64,000 bases of DNA from Candidatus Levyibacteriota bacterium (lineage in GTDB: Bacteria > Patescibacteriota > Microgenomatia > Levybacterales > UBA12049), in assembly GCA_049519175.1 (NCBI GenBank), contig JBEKQZ010000002.1, positions 134,782-198,781 on the forward strand, in the 5' to 3' direction. The position numbers were made by a program, and so were the translations under genes. Below, in pieces: positions 50,446 through 59,940 of the stretch. The notes beneath the pieces are model-generated. The model was not told the DNA's origin, searched no databases, and worked only from the letters and a program-made list of their open reading frames with translations. The first letter of the stretch is position 1. Every line of letters begins with the position of its first letter.

Positions 50446-52761
50446 ATGAAAATCTTGATTTCTTTGATTAACGCTATTATTTTGCTTTTAACCGCTATCG
50501 GCGATGCTGTGTTTTTCTGTCTAAAACTTGTCTTAAGAATAATTTTCACCCTACTCAAATTTATTCTTCGTTTGGTTGCCGCCATTTTCAGATTTGTCTT
50601 TAAAATAATCGGCATAAGCTTATCACGTAGCCAGGCGGCCAAAAGAAATATCAGTAATCAAATTAAATTGGCGCGCTTTAAGCTTCTACTGTCTGTCAAA
50701 AGACTAAAGCGCCAGTTTCGACCAAAGAAAAAAGCCAAACCGAGCAAGAAAAAAGTGGTCAAAGAAGCGGTCATTACCTTCTTCCCTGCGCCAAAACATT
50801 ATCGCCTGAAACTAAAATATTTTCTGGTTGGCTTTTTGTTCTGCGTTATTTTTGTGCTGATTCCCTTTGCGATGTATTCATTCTTAATGAGCCTACCCAA
50901 CCCTAAGCTTTTAACCGAAAGAGCCTTTCCGCAAACTACCAAAATTTTTGACCGCAATGGCACGCTGTTATACCAAATTTACGCCAATGAAAACCGCACT
51001 CTGGTGCCGTTAAACTCTATTCCGAAAAATTTGATTAACGCCACCATTGCGATTGAAGATAAAGATTTTTATACCAATCCGGGCTTTGACATTACCGGCA
51101 TTTTGCGGGCGGCTGTCGCCGATTTTTCCGGCCAGCCAATTCAGGGCGGCTCCAGCATTACCCAACAATTGATAAAATCAACGCTTTTGACTCCCGAAGT
51201 AAGTATTACCCGCAAGATTAAAGAGATTGTGCTGGCTTTTTGGGCGGAAAGAATTTACAGCAAAAACCAGATTTTGGAAATGTATTTTAATCAAGTTCCT
51301 TACGGCGGCACCGCTTGGGGGATTGAAGCGGCCTGTGAAACTTATTTTGGCAAAAATGTTAAAGATTTGGATTTGGCGCAAAGTGCTTTTTTGGCCGGCA
51401 TGCCCCAAGCTCCCACCACTTATTCTCCCTACGGTAACAACCCAACTCTTTGGAAACAACGTCAAAAAGAAGTGCTCGACAAAATGTTCCAGCTTGGTTA
51501 TATTTCGCAAAAACAGGATAATCAAGCTCTAAAAGAAACTCTGACTTTTCAGCCGCCGCAAATTCCCATTTACGCCCCGCATTTTGTAATGTATGTTAAA
51601 GATTTGCTGGTGCAAAGATATGGACTGGCCATGGTCGAAAAAGGCGGTTTGAATGTTACCACCAGTCTGGATTTAAACCTGCAGCAGGACGTTCAGCAAA
51701 TTGTCAGCGACGAAGTTAACAATGACGCTTATTTAAACCTGACTAATGGCGCTGCTTTGGTCACCAACCCTAGTAACGGTGACATTTTGGCGATGGTTGG
51801 CAGCGCAAACTACGATAACGCCAACGGCGGTAATGTTAATTTGACGACCGCCTTAAGACAGCCGGGCTCTTCAATCAAAGTGGTTACTTATGCCGCCGCT
51901 TTATCGGACGGTTTTACCGCCGCCAGCATTTTGGATGATTCCCCAATCACCTACAATATTCCCGGCTCAGCCCCTTATTCACCGGTCAATTATGATGGCA
52001 AATTTCACGGCAAAGTCCCTTTAAGGTTTGCTTTTGCTAATTCGTTTAATGTCCCGGCGGTTAAAACCCTGCAAAAAATCGGCATTCCGGCGATGGTTAG
52101 TATGGCCAAGCAAATGGGTATCACCACTTGGGGAGATCCAAGCCAATACGGACTGTCTTTAACTCTTGGTGCCGCCGAAGTCAAAATGACCGATATGGCC
52201 ACTGCTTATGGCACCGTTGCCAACCTTGGCAAAAAAGTGGATTTGGATCCGATTTTAAAAGTTTCCAATTATGACGGCAGTGTTTCTTACCAAAAACAAG
52301 CAGAGTTACCAAATCTAGTGCTTGACCCAGGCGTCGCCTATATTATTTCCAATATCTTGGCCGATAATAACGCGCGCTCTTTGGAATTTGGCTTAAATTC
52401 TCCCCTAAATATTCCTAATCACACTGTTTCGGTTAAAACCGGCACTTCGGATAATAAACGGGATAACTGGACGATCGGCTTTACGCCGCAGGATTTAGTG
52501 GCTGTTTGGGTTGGCAATAACGATAACTCACCGATGAGTCAAACGCTGGCTTCCGGCATTACCGGCGCGGCGCCAATCTGGAATAAAATTATGACTTTGC
52601 TTTTGGGCAATGCTTCCAACGCTCCGGAGCCGATACCCGACGATGTTGTGATGAAAAAATGTCAGGGAAGAAATGAATATTTTATTACAGGAACCGAAAA
52701 TACGTCCGATTGTAATTTTATCGCCACCCCCAGCGCAACGATGATACCACAAGCTAACTAA
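50446..52761 (+). CDS. class A penicillin-binding protein (second PBP1A paralog)
   Basis: 771 aa. Long basic N-terminal extension plus TM. GT51 motifs (EDKDFYTNPGFD), SSIKV and KTGTS. Confidence 0.85.
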   Translation: MKILISLINAIILLLTAIGDAVFFCLKLVLRIIFTLLKFILRLVAAIFRFVFKIIGISLSRSQAAKRNISNQIKLARFKLLLSVKRLKRQFRPKKKAKPSKKKVVKEAVITFFPAPKHYRLKLKYFLVGFLFCVIFVLIPFAMYSFLMSLPNPKLLTERAFPQTTKIFDRNGTLLYQIYANENRTLVPLNSIPKNLINATIAIEDKDFYTNPGFDITGILRAAVADFSGQPIQGGSSITQQLIKSTLLTPEVSITRKIKEIVLAFWAERIYSKNQILEMYFNQVPYGGTAWGIEAACETYFGKNVKDLDLAQSAFLAGMPQAPTTYSPYGNNPTLWKQRQKEVLDKMFQLGYISQKQDNQALKETLTFQPPQIPIYAPHFVMYVKDLLVQRYGLAMVEKGGLNVTTSLDLNLQQDVQQIVSDEVNNDAYLNLTNGAALVTNPSNGDILAMVGSANYDNANGGNVNLTTALRQPGSSIKVVTYAAALSDGFTAASILDDSPITYNIPGSAPYSPVNYDGKFHGKVPLRFAFANSFNVPAVKTLQKIGIPAMVSMAKQMGITTWGDPSQYGLSLTLGAAEVKMTDMATAYGTVANLGKKVDLDPILKVSNYDGSVSYQKQAELPNLVLDPGVAYIISNILADNNARSLEFGLNSPLNIPNHTVSVKTGTSDNKRDNWTIGFTPQDLVAVWVGNNDNSPMSQTLASGITGAAPIWNKIMTLLLGNASNAPEPIPDDVVMKKCQGRNEYFITGTENTSDCNFIATPSATMIPQAN

Positions 52762-53389
52762 CCAGATTGGTCAGTTTTTCGAAGGAGTTGAGAGGATCTT
52801 CGCTTTGAAAAATAAAACTGTCTGCCACAAATCTATTGGTGCCCGACACTCTTGCGGCAATGATCGACTCGTCGGTTATTCCCCCATCTATTTCTAGCGG
52901 AACAATTGTCTTTTCTCTCAACTCTTTTACTTTCAATAGTGAACTTTGTGAAAAAGCTTGACCGGATTTACCTGCTTTAACAGCCATTATGAGGATTGCG
53001 TCGATATCATCGAACGGAATTGATAAAGAACTTACCGGCGTATCGATGTCCAATGCCAACCCGACTTCGCCGCAGATTTCTCCTTCAGCAATAAATTCAT
53101 TGATGTCTTCCATTTTTTCGATGTGTCCCAAAAATCGTCTAAAACCAACCGCTGCCAACTGTCGGATATATTGTGTCGGATTTTCCGTCATTAAATGCGC
53201 TTCCAAATAAAAATCATCTTTGTATTTTGCAAAGGCATTAAAATCCACAAAGGAAGTTTCTTCACAAAATTTTCCGTCCAAAAAATCAATGTGCACTACT
53301 TTGGAAAAAGGGCGGATGATTGCCAACTTTCTTTCAATCTCTTGCCAGTCTTTTTCCAAAATTCCAGGTATGACATTATGCATAATCAA
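52754..53389 (-). CDS. rpe: ribulose-phosphate 3-epimerase-like
   Basis: 211 aa TIM-barrel-like. HIDFLDGKF and EIDGGI motifs resemble Rpe. Adjacent to rpiB. Confidence 0.6.
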   Translation of the reverse strand: MIMHNVIPGILEKDWQEIERKLAIIRPFSKVVHIDFLDGKFCEETSFVDFNAFAKYKDDFYLEAHLMTENPTQYIRQLAAVGFRRFLGHIEKMEDINEFIAEGEICGEVGLALDIDTPVSSLSIPFDDIDAILIMAVKAGKSGQAFSQSSLLKVKELREKTIVPLEIDGGITDESIIAARVSGTNRFVADSFIFQSEDPLNSFEKLTNLVS

Positions 53390-53460
53390 ATAATTTTTAA
53401 TTGCTCTAATTGACCTAATTGCTAAACTTTTTAGGTTAATTAGAAATTAGAATAATTAGG

Positions 53461-53910
53461 TTAATTTTCTTGTTCAATTTTACTTATTTCGCTTATCCTC
53501 CTAATGTGTCTTGGATCGTTGGAAAACGGCGTTTTTAAGAAAATCTTGACTAATTCTTTCGCCTTTGCAAAGTCTTCAAACGCTGCTCCCAAAGATAAAA
53601 CATTAGCGTTATTATGCTGTCTTGAGAGCCCTACATTCTCTGTAGAAAAACCTAACACTGCCCGGACATTTTTAAATTTATTAGCAACTATTTCCTCCCC
53701 CGCTCCGGACTTACCAAAAATAATTCCAAAAGCAGTTGGATCACTTTCAATCGCTTCCCCAACTTTTTTTATGAAATTTGGATAATCGTCAGTTGGATTT
53801 ATAGAGAAAGCGCCACAATCTACCACTGTATAATTTTGTTGTTGCAGATATTTTTTAATTTCTTCTTTTAAGTTAAATCCAGCGTGATCCGTTGCTAAAT
53901 ATACTTTCAT
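53461..53910 (-). CDS. rpiB: ribose-5-phosphate isomerase B
   Basis: 149 aa. MKVYLATDHAGFNLKEEIK N-terminus typical of RpiB/LacAB. Confidence 0.85.
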   Translation of the reverse strand: MKVYLATDHAGFNLKEEIKKYLQQQNYTVVDCGAFSINPTDDYPNFIKKVGEAIESDPTAFGIIFGKSGAGEEIVANKFKNVRAVLGFSTENVGLSRQHNNANVLSLGAAFEDFAKAKELVKIFLKTPFSNDPRHIRRISEISKIEQEN

Positions 53911-53951
53911 AATCTTTCCAGTTTAGAAATTAGAAATTAGAAATTTCTAGC

Positions 53952-54509
53952 CTACTGTCCTATTATAACCAAAGCGTCAGAGGAAAAACTATCCGGCAGG
54001 TCGGAAGTTGCGTTTCCGATTGTATAACTAAAACCTAAATCTTTTTTCAACAGGTTTAAGAAATCGCTTTTGCCCGCCTTTACCTGAATGGTCACATTCG
54101 TATAATTAAAATTATCGGCATTACCGGTTGCTACCACATTGTAACCAACGCCTTTTAGAACGTCCGCCGCTTTTACCGCCACGCCGGCTGTGCCGCTACC
54201 ATTTTGTACGGTGACGGAAATCTGACTTCTATCCAGTCCCGAATCTTTATCAACCGGATTGACGGTTGGAGTTAGCGTCACTCCTGGAGTAGTGGACAAA
54301 GCAACTGTTGGTGTAGGAGTATCGGTCGGAGAGACCACAATTGGAGTTGGTGTTGGCGTTGGGGAACTTTTATACGAACTCACGGCCCTAAATCCCAAGA
54401 ACAAAAGAATTACTACGACAATTGTCAGAATTAAATAAACGGGCCACTTTTTCGTGTTCCTTCTTTGCGGAGTAAAGGTGGGAATTGCTTCCAATGGCGT
54501 TTCTTCCAT
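53952..54509 (-). CDS. LytR_C domain-containing membrane protein
   Basis: 185 aa. TM helix, Pro/Thr-rich linker and a C-terminal LytR_C-like domain (VTVQNGSGTAGVAVKAADVLKGVGYNV). Confidence 0.55.
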   Translation of the reverse strand: MEETPLEAIPTFTPQRRNTKKWPVYLILTIVVVILLFLGFRAVSSYKSSPTPTPTPIVVSPTDTPTPTVALSTTPGVTLTPTVNPVDKDSGLDRSQISVTVQNGSGTAGVAVKAADVLKGVGYNVVATGNADNFNYTNVTIQVKAGKSDFLNLLKKDLGFSYTIGNATSDLPDSFSSDALVIIGQ

Positions 54510-54594
54510 ACACTACCTTTCGACGCAAGGATAGCACACTTTTTTTGGTTTTGCAATCCGAAAAAGCAGTCTGTCTGTTATAATAAATTGTGCG

Positions 54595-56355
54595 ATGAAA
54601 AAACTGCTTTTTTTACTGTTTCTGATAATTTTTACTAGCGTTGGAATCGCGCTTCTCCCTTCCTCAATTGCCCAAAGCGTTAATTGTAACAATCTTACCG
54701 ATGCTCAATGCACGGCGGAAGGCAACACTCTCTGCTTAGCCGATACGAATACCTGCATGGACCAACTGGCCGCTGCCAGACAACAATCGGTTAATGCCAC
54801 CATTCCACTGGAAACCGAAATTAACAGCATGCAAGCAAGAATTGCTTTTATTCAAGCCAGTCTTATCACCAAGAAAAATGACATTGACAACGGATATGCC
54901 AACTTGGCCAAACAACAGCAAATTTTAAATGCCACCATCCGCGATTATTACATAAAATCTTATTATGATTCCCCGCTTTTACTTTTATTGTCAGCCAATT
55001 CAGCTAGTGAATTTACGCAAATTTTGGGCTATCAAAAATCCAATGCCGACCGCGACAAAGCCATTATTACTAACATTGCCATTACCATTAATGATTTAAA
55101 AAATGAAAAAGCCGCGCTGGAAAGTGAAGAAACCAGTATTGCTGCTACTAAAGCCAAGCTTGACGTCATCGTGGCCGGAGCAATTGCGTATCAACAAACT
55201 CTCACCAATCAAATTGCGGCGCTTAACTCAATCCAACAAAGTATTTTAAGTGCTAGGTTAGCCGGACTAAACATTCCTTTATATGCCAGCACCGCCGGCG
55301 GTTGCTCCAGCGATATCGGCAAAAGCCCGGGCTTTAGCGGCGGGTTTGGATTTTTCACTTACGGAGTTCCTAACAGGGTTGGCTTAAACCAATATGGAGC
55401 TTACGGCCGGGCCAATGCCGGACAAAACTCCGATACTATCCTTCACGCCTATTACAATTTTGATGGTTATCAAAATATCAGCGGCGTTAATATCAACGTT
55501 AATGATGGGAATGGAGTTGGTACGGGAAACGTTATTTGGAGCGGAAGCTTGGAAGATTATGTCAAAAGAATTTATGAGGTCCCGGACAACTGGCCGAGTG
55601 AAGCTTTAAAAGCCCAGGCGATTGCGGTGCGTTCTTATGTTTTGGCGGCAACCAATAATGGCGCCAACTCAATTTGCGCTAATCAAAATTGTCAGGTTTT
55701 TCAAACTAACGATAAAGGCGGCAACTGGGATCAGGCGGTTAATACCACCTCTGGACAAGTAATGATTCAGGGCGGACAACCGATTAAAGCCTGGTTCTCT
55801 TCGACACACGGCGGCTATGTGCATTCCTCCGGTGACATCGGCTGGTCCGATACTGCCTGGACAAAAAATGCGCAGGACACATCTTCCAGTGTCGGTAGTT
55901 TTTCCGACTTAAAAAGTAATGCTTACGATAAAGATTCGCCCTGGTTTTATTGCGATTGGGGTTCAAGAAGCAGCAATAATAATACCGCCTGGCTTAACTC
56001 AAGTGAGGTTGCTGATATCGTTAATGTCTTGATGCTGGCACAAAAGGATTCCAGCACCGTCAACCATCTTTACCAAACAGATAAAAACACCAATCCAAAT
56101 CCCGCCGGAACCGACACTTGGAGCGCAGACCAAGTTAAGCAGGAATTGCAAAATCGAGGCGTCACACCCTACAACAACGTCAGCAACGTTTCTATTTCGG
56201 CAGATTTTGGTTCTGGGAAAGTAACCAATGTTTCTGTATCCGGAGACGGCGGCAATAATAGCTTTTCCGGCAATGATTTTAAAAACTATTTTAACTTAAG
56301 AGCTCCTGCTAATATCCAGATTGTCGGACCGTTGTATAATGTAGAGACAGAATAG
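54595..56355 (+). CDS. secreted SpoIID/LytB-domain protein with N-terminal coiled coil
   Basis: 586 aa. Signal peptide, coiled-coil region of about 230 aa, then SpoIID/LytB signatures (EALKAQAIAVRSYVL, CANQNCQVF, WFSSTHGGYV). Confidence 0.65.
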   Translation: MKKLLFLLFLIIFTSVGIALLPSSIAQSVNCNNLTDAQCTAEGNTLCLADTNTCMDQLAAARQQSVNATIPLETEINSMQARIAFIQASLITKKNDIDNGYANLAKQQQILNATIRDYYIKSYYDSPLLLLLSANSASEFTQILGYQKSNADRDKAIITNIAITINDLKNEKAALESEETSIAATKAKLDVIVAGAIAYQQTLTNQIAALNSIQQSILSARLAGLNIPLYASTAGGCSSDIGKSPGFSGGFGFFTYGVPNRVGLNQYGAYGRANAGQNSDTILHAYYNFDGYQNISGVNINVNDGNGVGTGNVIWSGSLEDYVKRIYEVPDNWPSEALKAQAIAVRSYVLAATNNGANSICANQNCQVFQTNDKGGNWDQAVNTTSGQVMIQGGQPIKAWFSSTHGGYVHSSGDIGWSDTAWTKNAQDTSSSVGSFSDLKSNAYDKDSPWFYCDWGSRSSNNNTAWLNSSEVADIVNVLMLAQKDSSTVNHLYQTDKNTNPNPAGTDTWSADQVKQELQNRGVTPYNNVSNVSISADFGSGKVTNVSVSGDGGNNSFSGNDFKNYFNLRAPANIQIVGPLYNVETE

Positions 56356-56356
56356 T

Positions 56357-57037
56357 ATGCCGGACATTTTTATCGCCGAGCCAAAAGCGGAAAGCATTAT
56401 TCCCGACCAACCTTACTCTCTGCAAAAACAAGAAGGGTCAGCCACCCCCCTGCCGATTAACCAACCACTTACCCTCCCTAAAAATACCGTTGGTTTATTT
56501 TCTTCTTTTTGCAAGGCTCCGGATGGAGTATCTTTTCAAACGCAAGAAGAAGGAGAAAAAATACTGCTTTTTTTAAGGCGTGATTTTGCAACCAACATCA
56601 AATGGATATTGATAAGTATAATTTTATTAGTGATTCCTGTCCTCTTGCCTTTTGTTGGAAAATTTTTCGGCAATCCTTTTCCATTTCTTTCGCTTAAATT
56701 TTATCTTGCATCAATAGTTTTTTATTATCTGGTTGTTGCCACCTATCTTTATATAAATTTTATGACCTGGTATTACAATGTTGCCTTAATCACCGACCGC
56801 CGGGTCATTGATGTCGATTTTTCAAATTTGGTCTACAAAGATGTTGCCACCACCAAATTAAGCCTTGTGCAAGATTTAAGTTATGCCAAAGTAGGGGTCA
56901 TCAGAGCCTTTTTTGATTACGGCGACATCCTCATCCAAACTGCCGGGTCTTTGGATAATTTTAATTTCGAATCTGCGCCGGATCCGGAAGAAGTAGTCCA
57001 TATAATCGAAGAATTGATTGGAAAACAAAATGTATAA
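56357..57037 (+). CDS. membrane protein with bacterial PH (YdbT-like) domain
   Basis: 226 aa. Two TM helices followed by a bPH_2-like segment. Confidence 0.4.
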   Translation: MPDIFIAEPKAESIIPDQPYSLQKQEGSATPLPINQPLTLPKNTVGLFSSFCKAPDGVSFQTQEEGEKILLFLRRDFATNIKWILISIILLVIPVLLPFVGKFFGNPFPFLSLKFYLASIVFYYLVVATYLYINFMTWYYNVALITDRRVIDVDFSNLVYKDVATTKLSLVQDLSYAKVGVIRAFFDYGDILIQTAGSLDNFNFESAPDPEEVVHIIEELIGKQNV

Positions 57038-57263
57038 TTTTTCAAATCTTTTACAAACACCGCAAATAAACATTCTCTTCAAGATTGGTTTTCTGATTGC
57101 AAACTTTATCTTTATAATCTTTTTGATCGTTGTTATTAGAGAAGTACGCACTATGAGCACAATTGTCAGTAATAACAACAACACCTCAACAATAAAATCG
57201 GCAATTCTATTACTTTTTATTGTTGCAGTTTCGCTTTTCTTGACAGCTCTTGTTATACTATAG
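57018..57263 (+). CDS. small membrane protein, hypothetical
   Basis: 81 aa with two TM helices. Confidence 0.35.
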   Translation: MENKMYNFSNLLQTPQINILFKIGFLIANFIFIIFLIVVIREVRTMSTIVSNNNNTSTIKSAILLLFIVAVSLFLTALVIL

Positions 57264-57266
57264 CTG

Positions 57267-59057
57267 ATGGCTGAAGCAACTTTGACCTTTGCAAAAATTG
57301 TCGCTAACCCCAGTGCTTTCTCCTGGTCGCAAGTCTATAGCGCCGGAAAACTTTTCGCCGTTATTTCCCTGGAAGCACAGGAAGAAAACCTGGAAAAAGA
57401 TTTTCTGAATGTTTTAGGCAAAGAGATTTTAAACACCCTTGAACAGGAATTTTTTACGCTGGAAACCAAAGATTTGGCATCAATTAAAACGGCTGTTTTG
57501 ACTACTTCGAAAAAGATTCCAACCGAAATAAACTGCTCGTTTGTCATTGCGGCTTTAACCAATAATATTCTGTATTTATATATTTTGGGTAACGGACGTG
57601 CTTCTTTAAAACGGGAGGGTAAACTTGGCAATTTAATTGAAGCGGCTGACCAAAAATCCGACGCGATCAAGGAAGCTTCCGGTTATTTACAGGATAACGA
57701 CATTATTGTTTTGCAAACCAAGCAGTTTACCGACGTTATTTCGGTCGGCACTTTGTCGGAATTTATGGATAACTTACCGCCCAGTGAAATCGCCGAAAAT
57801 TTAGCGCCCTTGGTGCATGAAAAAGAAGAAGCCGGGGCCGCCGCAATTATCGCCCACTACAAAGCACCAAGCGCTGAAGAAGCTGCCGAAGCTGTCCCCG
57901 AACAAGAACCGGAAATTGAAGCCAAAACCGTGGAAGACGAACAAAATTCCAGCGAATCACCGTTTTATTCCCCAACCGTTACCCGCAGAACTAGTTTGTT
58001 GGACAAAATTAGCCCCTTAACTTCTTCTTTATTTTCCAAGTTCAAACGCCCGCAAGATTTAGGCTTAAATCACTCCCGCAAAGTAATTTTAACCATTGTG
58101 GTAATTATTTTGGTGGTGTTTGTTGGTAGCGTCTTTTTCGCCCTGAATAAACAGGCCGCCGAAAAAACGCAAACTGCTTTTCAAGCCGTTTACCCGCAAG
58201 CTTTAAAACAATATAATGAGGGAGAGAGCTTACTGGAGTTAAATCAGAATTTAGCCCGTGATAGTTTCCAACAAGCCCAGCAGCTTTTAAATAGCGGTAA
58301 AGATAAATTACCCAAAAATTCCCCGCAGGAAAAACAAGTTCTGGATTTATTAAATAAAGTCAATACGGCTCTTAATACCTCTTCTGGAGTCACTAATGCG
58401 GCCGCTACGGCGGTCTCAAGCAATACCAGCCAATACCTCTTGGCCGAAAGCAAAAACGACGGTTTATATTTTGCCGAGGACGATAATCACATTTACGAGT
58501 TAACGCAAACCCAAGTTTATACTTTTAATCCTGACGGCAGCAACCAAAAGTCAATTATTACCAACAGCGGTGACTGGAAACAGCCGGGCGGACTTTCCAC
58601 TTACAACGGCAACATTTATATTTTAGACAAAAGCCAAAACCAGATCTTAAAGTATGTCAGTTCCGATTCGGGTTTTGTCAAAGCCAATTATTTTTCAACC
58701 ATTAACCCCGATTTATCCAAAGCCGTTTCCATCGCCATTGACAGCTCGATTTATGTTTTGACTTCAGATGGCAACATCAGTAAATTTACCAAAGGCGCTG
58801 CCGACACTTTTACCATTGCCGGCTTGGATACCGCACTTAATAACCCTACGCGGATTTATACCAATTTAAACGACAATAATGTCTATGTTTTGGACAACGG
58901 CAACTCAAGAATTGTCGTTTTTGACAAAAGCGGCAACTATAAAAACCAATATCAGGCGGGAGTTCTGAAAACAGCCAAAGATTTTGAAGTGCTGGAACAG
59001 GACAAAAAAATCTACGTTCTCTCCGGCGGTAAGACTTACGAAATTGATTTGAAATAA
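57267..59057 (+). CDS. hypothetical membrane protein with C-terminal beta-propeller-like repeats
   Basis: 596 aa. Cytoplasmic N-terminal domain, acidic linker, single TM. C-terminal region has repeated hhYVLD motifs (IYILDKSQN, IYVLTSDGN, VYVLDNGNS, IYVLSGGKT). Confidence 0.45.
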   Translation: MAEATLTFAKIVANPSAFSWSQVYSAGKLFAVISLEAQEENLEKDFLNVLGKEILNTLEQEFFTLETKDLASIKTAVLTTSKKIPTEINCSFVIAALTNNILYLYILGNGRASLKREGKLGNLIEAADQKSDAIKEASGYLQDNDIIVLQTKQFTDVISVGTLSEFMDNLPPSEIAENLAPLVHEKEEAGAAAIIAHYKAPSAEEAAEAVPEQEPEIEAKTVEDEQNSSESPFYSPTVTRRTSLLDKISPLTSSLFSKFKRPQDLGLNHSRKVILTIVVIILVVFVGSVFFALNKQAAEKTQTAFQAVYPQALKQYNEGESLLELNQNLARDSFQQAQQLLNSGKDKLPKNSPQEKQVLDLLNKVNTALNTSSGVTNAAATAVSSNTSQYLLAESKNDGLYFAEDDNHIYELTQTQVYTFNPDGSNQKSIITNSGDWKQPGGLSTYNGNIYILDKSQNQILKYVSSDSGFVKANYFSTINPDLSKAVSIAIDSSIYVLTSDGNISKFTKGAADTFTIAGLDTALNNPTRIYTNLNDNNVYVLDNGNSRIVVFDKSGNYKNQYQAGVLKTAKDFEVLEQDKKIYVLSGGKTYEIDLK

Positions 59058-59102
59058 CTCTTTTCAAATTTACTTTCTCCTTTTTTTGAAGTATCATACT
59101 GA

Positions 59103-59543
59103 GTGAAACGAACTATGAAAATTACCAATAAAAAAGCCTATTTTGATTATCGGATTTTGGAGACCTTTGAAGCGGGAATAAATTTGTATGGCTCGGAAGT
59201 TAAAGCGGTAAGACTAGGCAGAGCCGATTTAACCGGCAGTTTTGTCAAAATTATCGGTAGCGAGGCCTATTTGGTTAACGCCAACATTTTCCCCTACCAA
59301 AGCGGGCAAGTTGAAAATTATGACGCGCAAAGAACCAGAAAACTGTTATTGCATAAACAAGAAATAATTGCTTTAAAATCCAAAACCGACGGCGCCAACT
59401 TAGCTCTCGTTCCAATCGCTTTATACTTTAAGCATGGGTTTCTAAAATTGGAGATTGGTCTTGGTAAAGGTAAAAAACAATACGAGAAGCGCGCAGCGAT
59501 TAAAAAACGGGATATTAAAAGAAGCCTCGAACAAGAGCTCTAA
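59103..59543 (+). CDS. smpB: SsrA-binding protein
   Basis: 146 aa. KKAYFDYRILETFEAGINLYGSEVKAVR signature of SmpB. Confidence 0.9.
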   Translation: MKRTMKITNKKAYFDYRILETFEAGINLYGSEVKAVRLGRADLTGSFVKIIGSEAYLVNANIFPYQSGQVENYDAQRTRKLLLHKQEIIALKSKTDGANLALVPIALYFKHGFLKLEIGLGKGKKQYEKRAAIKKRDIKRSLEQEL

Positions 59544-59545
59544 AG

Positions 59546-59574
59546 TTGACTTTTTAGGCCGAAAAGTATATAAT
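59546..59574 (+). promoter_or_regulatory. sigma70-type promoter for ssrA (TTGACT-17-TATAAT)
   Basis: -35 TTGACT at 59546-59551, 17-bp spacer, -10 TATAAT at 59569-59574. tmRNA 5' GGGG begins at 59585. Confidence 0.55.
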
Positions 59575-59584
59575 TCTTGTCACT

Positions 59585-59940
59585 GGGGATGCAATTGCAT
59601 CGACAGGATTCGCACTTTAAAAACTGCAAGCCGGCCATGACTAAAGCCGTAAAACTAGTCAAAAATTAAATGCTAGAAGCAATTCTGCATTTCAACCAAA
59701 TTACGCATTCGCTTAATTTGAATTGATGTTCACTAAGTCTTTTCTCAATGGGACTTTTTGAGCAAAAACACAGTTGAGAAATTAATAAGGAAGTTGATTA
59801 GTTCCTTATCGAATTTATAATCTCGGTGATATTTATTCCCTTCTATTGGAAAAGAATATCGCGACTTTTAAAAGTAGAATAAGCTTGTAGAAGTTATTAA
59901 AATGTTTTCTTGGACTCGAGTTCATTGCTCGACATCTCCA
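59585..59940 (+). ncRNA. ssrA: tmRNA (transfer-messenger RNA)
   Basis: Immediately downstream of smpB. The 5' GGGGATG pairs with the 3' CATCTCC acceptor, then discriminator A. T-arm TCGAG-TTCATTG-CTCGA. Internal reading frame (59672-59716) ...ARSNSAFQPNYAFA-TAA resembles degradation tags (..YALAA). Confidence 0.75.
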
